Assembly: GCA_050084985.1 (NCBI GenBank)
Contig: JBITNC010000001.1
Coordinates: 108,934,001-108,998,000 of the forward strand
DNA from: Nageia nagi
Taxonomy: Eukaryota > Plantae > Pinophyta
Direction: 5' to 3'
DNA length: 64,000 nt
The notes beneath the pieces were generated by a model that did not search any database, had not been told where the DNA came from, and saw only the letters and a program-made list of their open reading frames with translations. A program made the position numbers and the translations under genes. Shown here one piece after another: positions 63,200-64,000 of the stretch. How positions within the stretch are numbered: position 1 is the first letter of the stretch; each line of letters starts with the position of its first letter.

Positions 63200-64000
63200 A
63201 AATTTCCTAATCCATTATCTTTTGAAAGGGATTTTATAATATGGTGTGATACAAGCCCCTCTATTGGGGAAAATGAAGGAATCTCTAGTGATCTCTATGG
63301 ATTGCTAGCAATCCAATCGAATCACTAGCACTTGATATGTAACTATCAACATTTCTACAACTTGAGATATATGTTGGACTTGAGTGTATTTTCTACATTT
63401 TGACCCTCATTCTAGATTTTGTTTGGCTTCTAGCTTAATGTGTCTTCAATTTGTCATGCCTTAGAACCTATGGACCTTGCACATATGCTAAAACAACACA
63501 TAAAACATACCAAAACTCATAAATCATAAGCATTAAAACATGAAAATAAGTAAAATTGCATAAATAAAAGTATATAGTCTCATAAAAATCCTAGTACAAT
63601 TTTTGCAACATTATCTTACTTCTAATTAGGGTTTAAATTATGTATTGTGTGCATTTTTTTTAAAGATTTTTTACTTACTATCTTAGTCACTTAGGAATGA
63701 TATGAAAATGGGGGTCAAGGCTCATCTTGGATAGGAATAGGTCATGGGTGTCATGCCAAATCCTATCTAGGATGATGACTCCCCTCTTTTATCCATGATT
63801 TTGAGGAAGATATGAGATCCATAGCTCACCTTCTTTTTTTAGTTTTTCTAGTTTTAGAGTTGTTTATGATCTATATCAAGCATCAATGATTAGATTAAAT
63901 CACTGATGATCAAGACCCAATTGTTGATGTTTTAGCTTAATTAGATTTTTAATATTTTTGTTGTCTATTTTATTTAACTTTCAAACGAGGGTCATTTTTA
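63200..64000 (-). repeat. Probable TGTAGAC-type LTR running off the window end
   Basis: The window ends GGGTCATTTTTA, resembling GGTCATTTTTGGGTGTCTACA at 47609-47629. The left limit is uncertain. Confidence 0.45.

Overview
This is eukaryotic, AT-rich, strongly CpG/CHG-depleted intergenic DNA from a large plant genome (gymnosperm-like; inferred from element types and decay). It consists almost entirely of old, nested transposable elements. I see no intact host gene, rRNA, tRNA or CRISPR array. From left to right: (1) a decayed minus-strand L1 LINE lacking its RT core and split by a non-autonomous CACTA element; (2) a full-length short-LTR chromovirus (7698-13936, TSD ATCCA) carrying a MITE; (3) a Tat/Ogre gag-protease relic; (4) a minus-strand Tat/Ogre element (element A) whose integrase was hit twice, 46 bp apart, by a CRM-like element (element B, 19265-35916) and a Tekay-like element (element C, 35968-42918). 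Element B contains a TGTAGACACC-family element (D) and, in its 5' LTR, the youngest element in the window. That element is a 3.9-kb non-autonomous Copia derivative (31824-35760) with ~98% identical LTRs and TG..TA ends, encoding a Gag N-terminus fused to a long acidic, Cys-rich repeat region. Two inverted family-D copies each carry an antisense, apparently intron-containing Plant Mobile Domain (PMD/MAIN-like) cargo gene (about 26290-28292 minus and 49302-52000 plus). The right end has a solo LTR, further LTRs and another Tat/Ogre integrase. The most interesting items are the spliced antisense PMD cargo gene, the Gag-acidic-repeat Copia derivative, the TAATG stop/start coupling in the L1, and a CpG-retaining island inside an old element. 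All protein assignments come from manual motif reading, not database searches.
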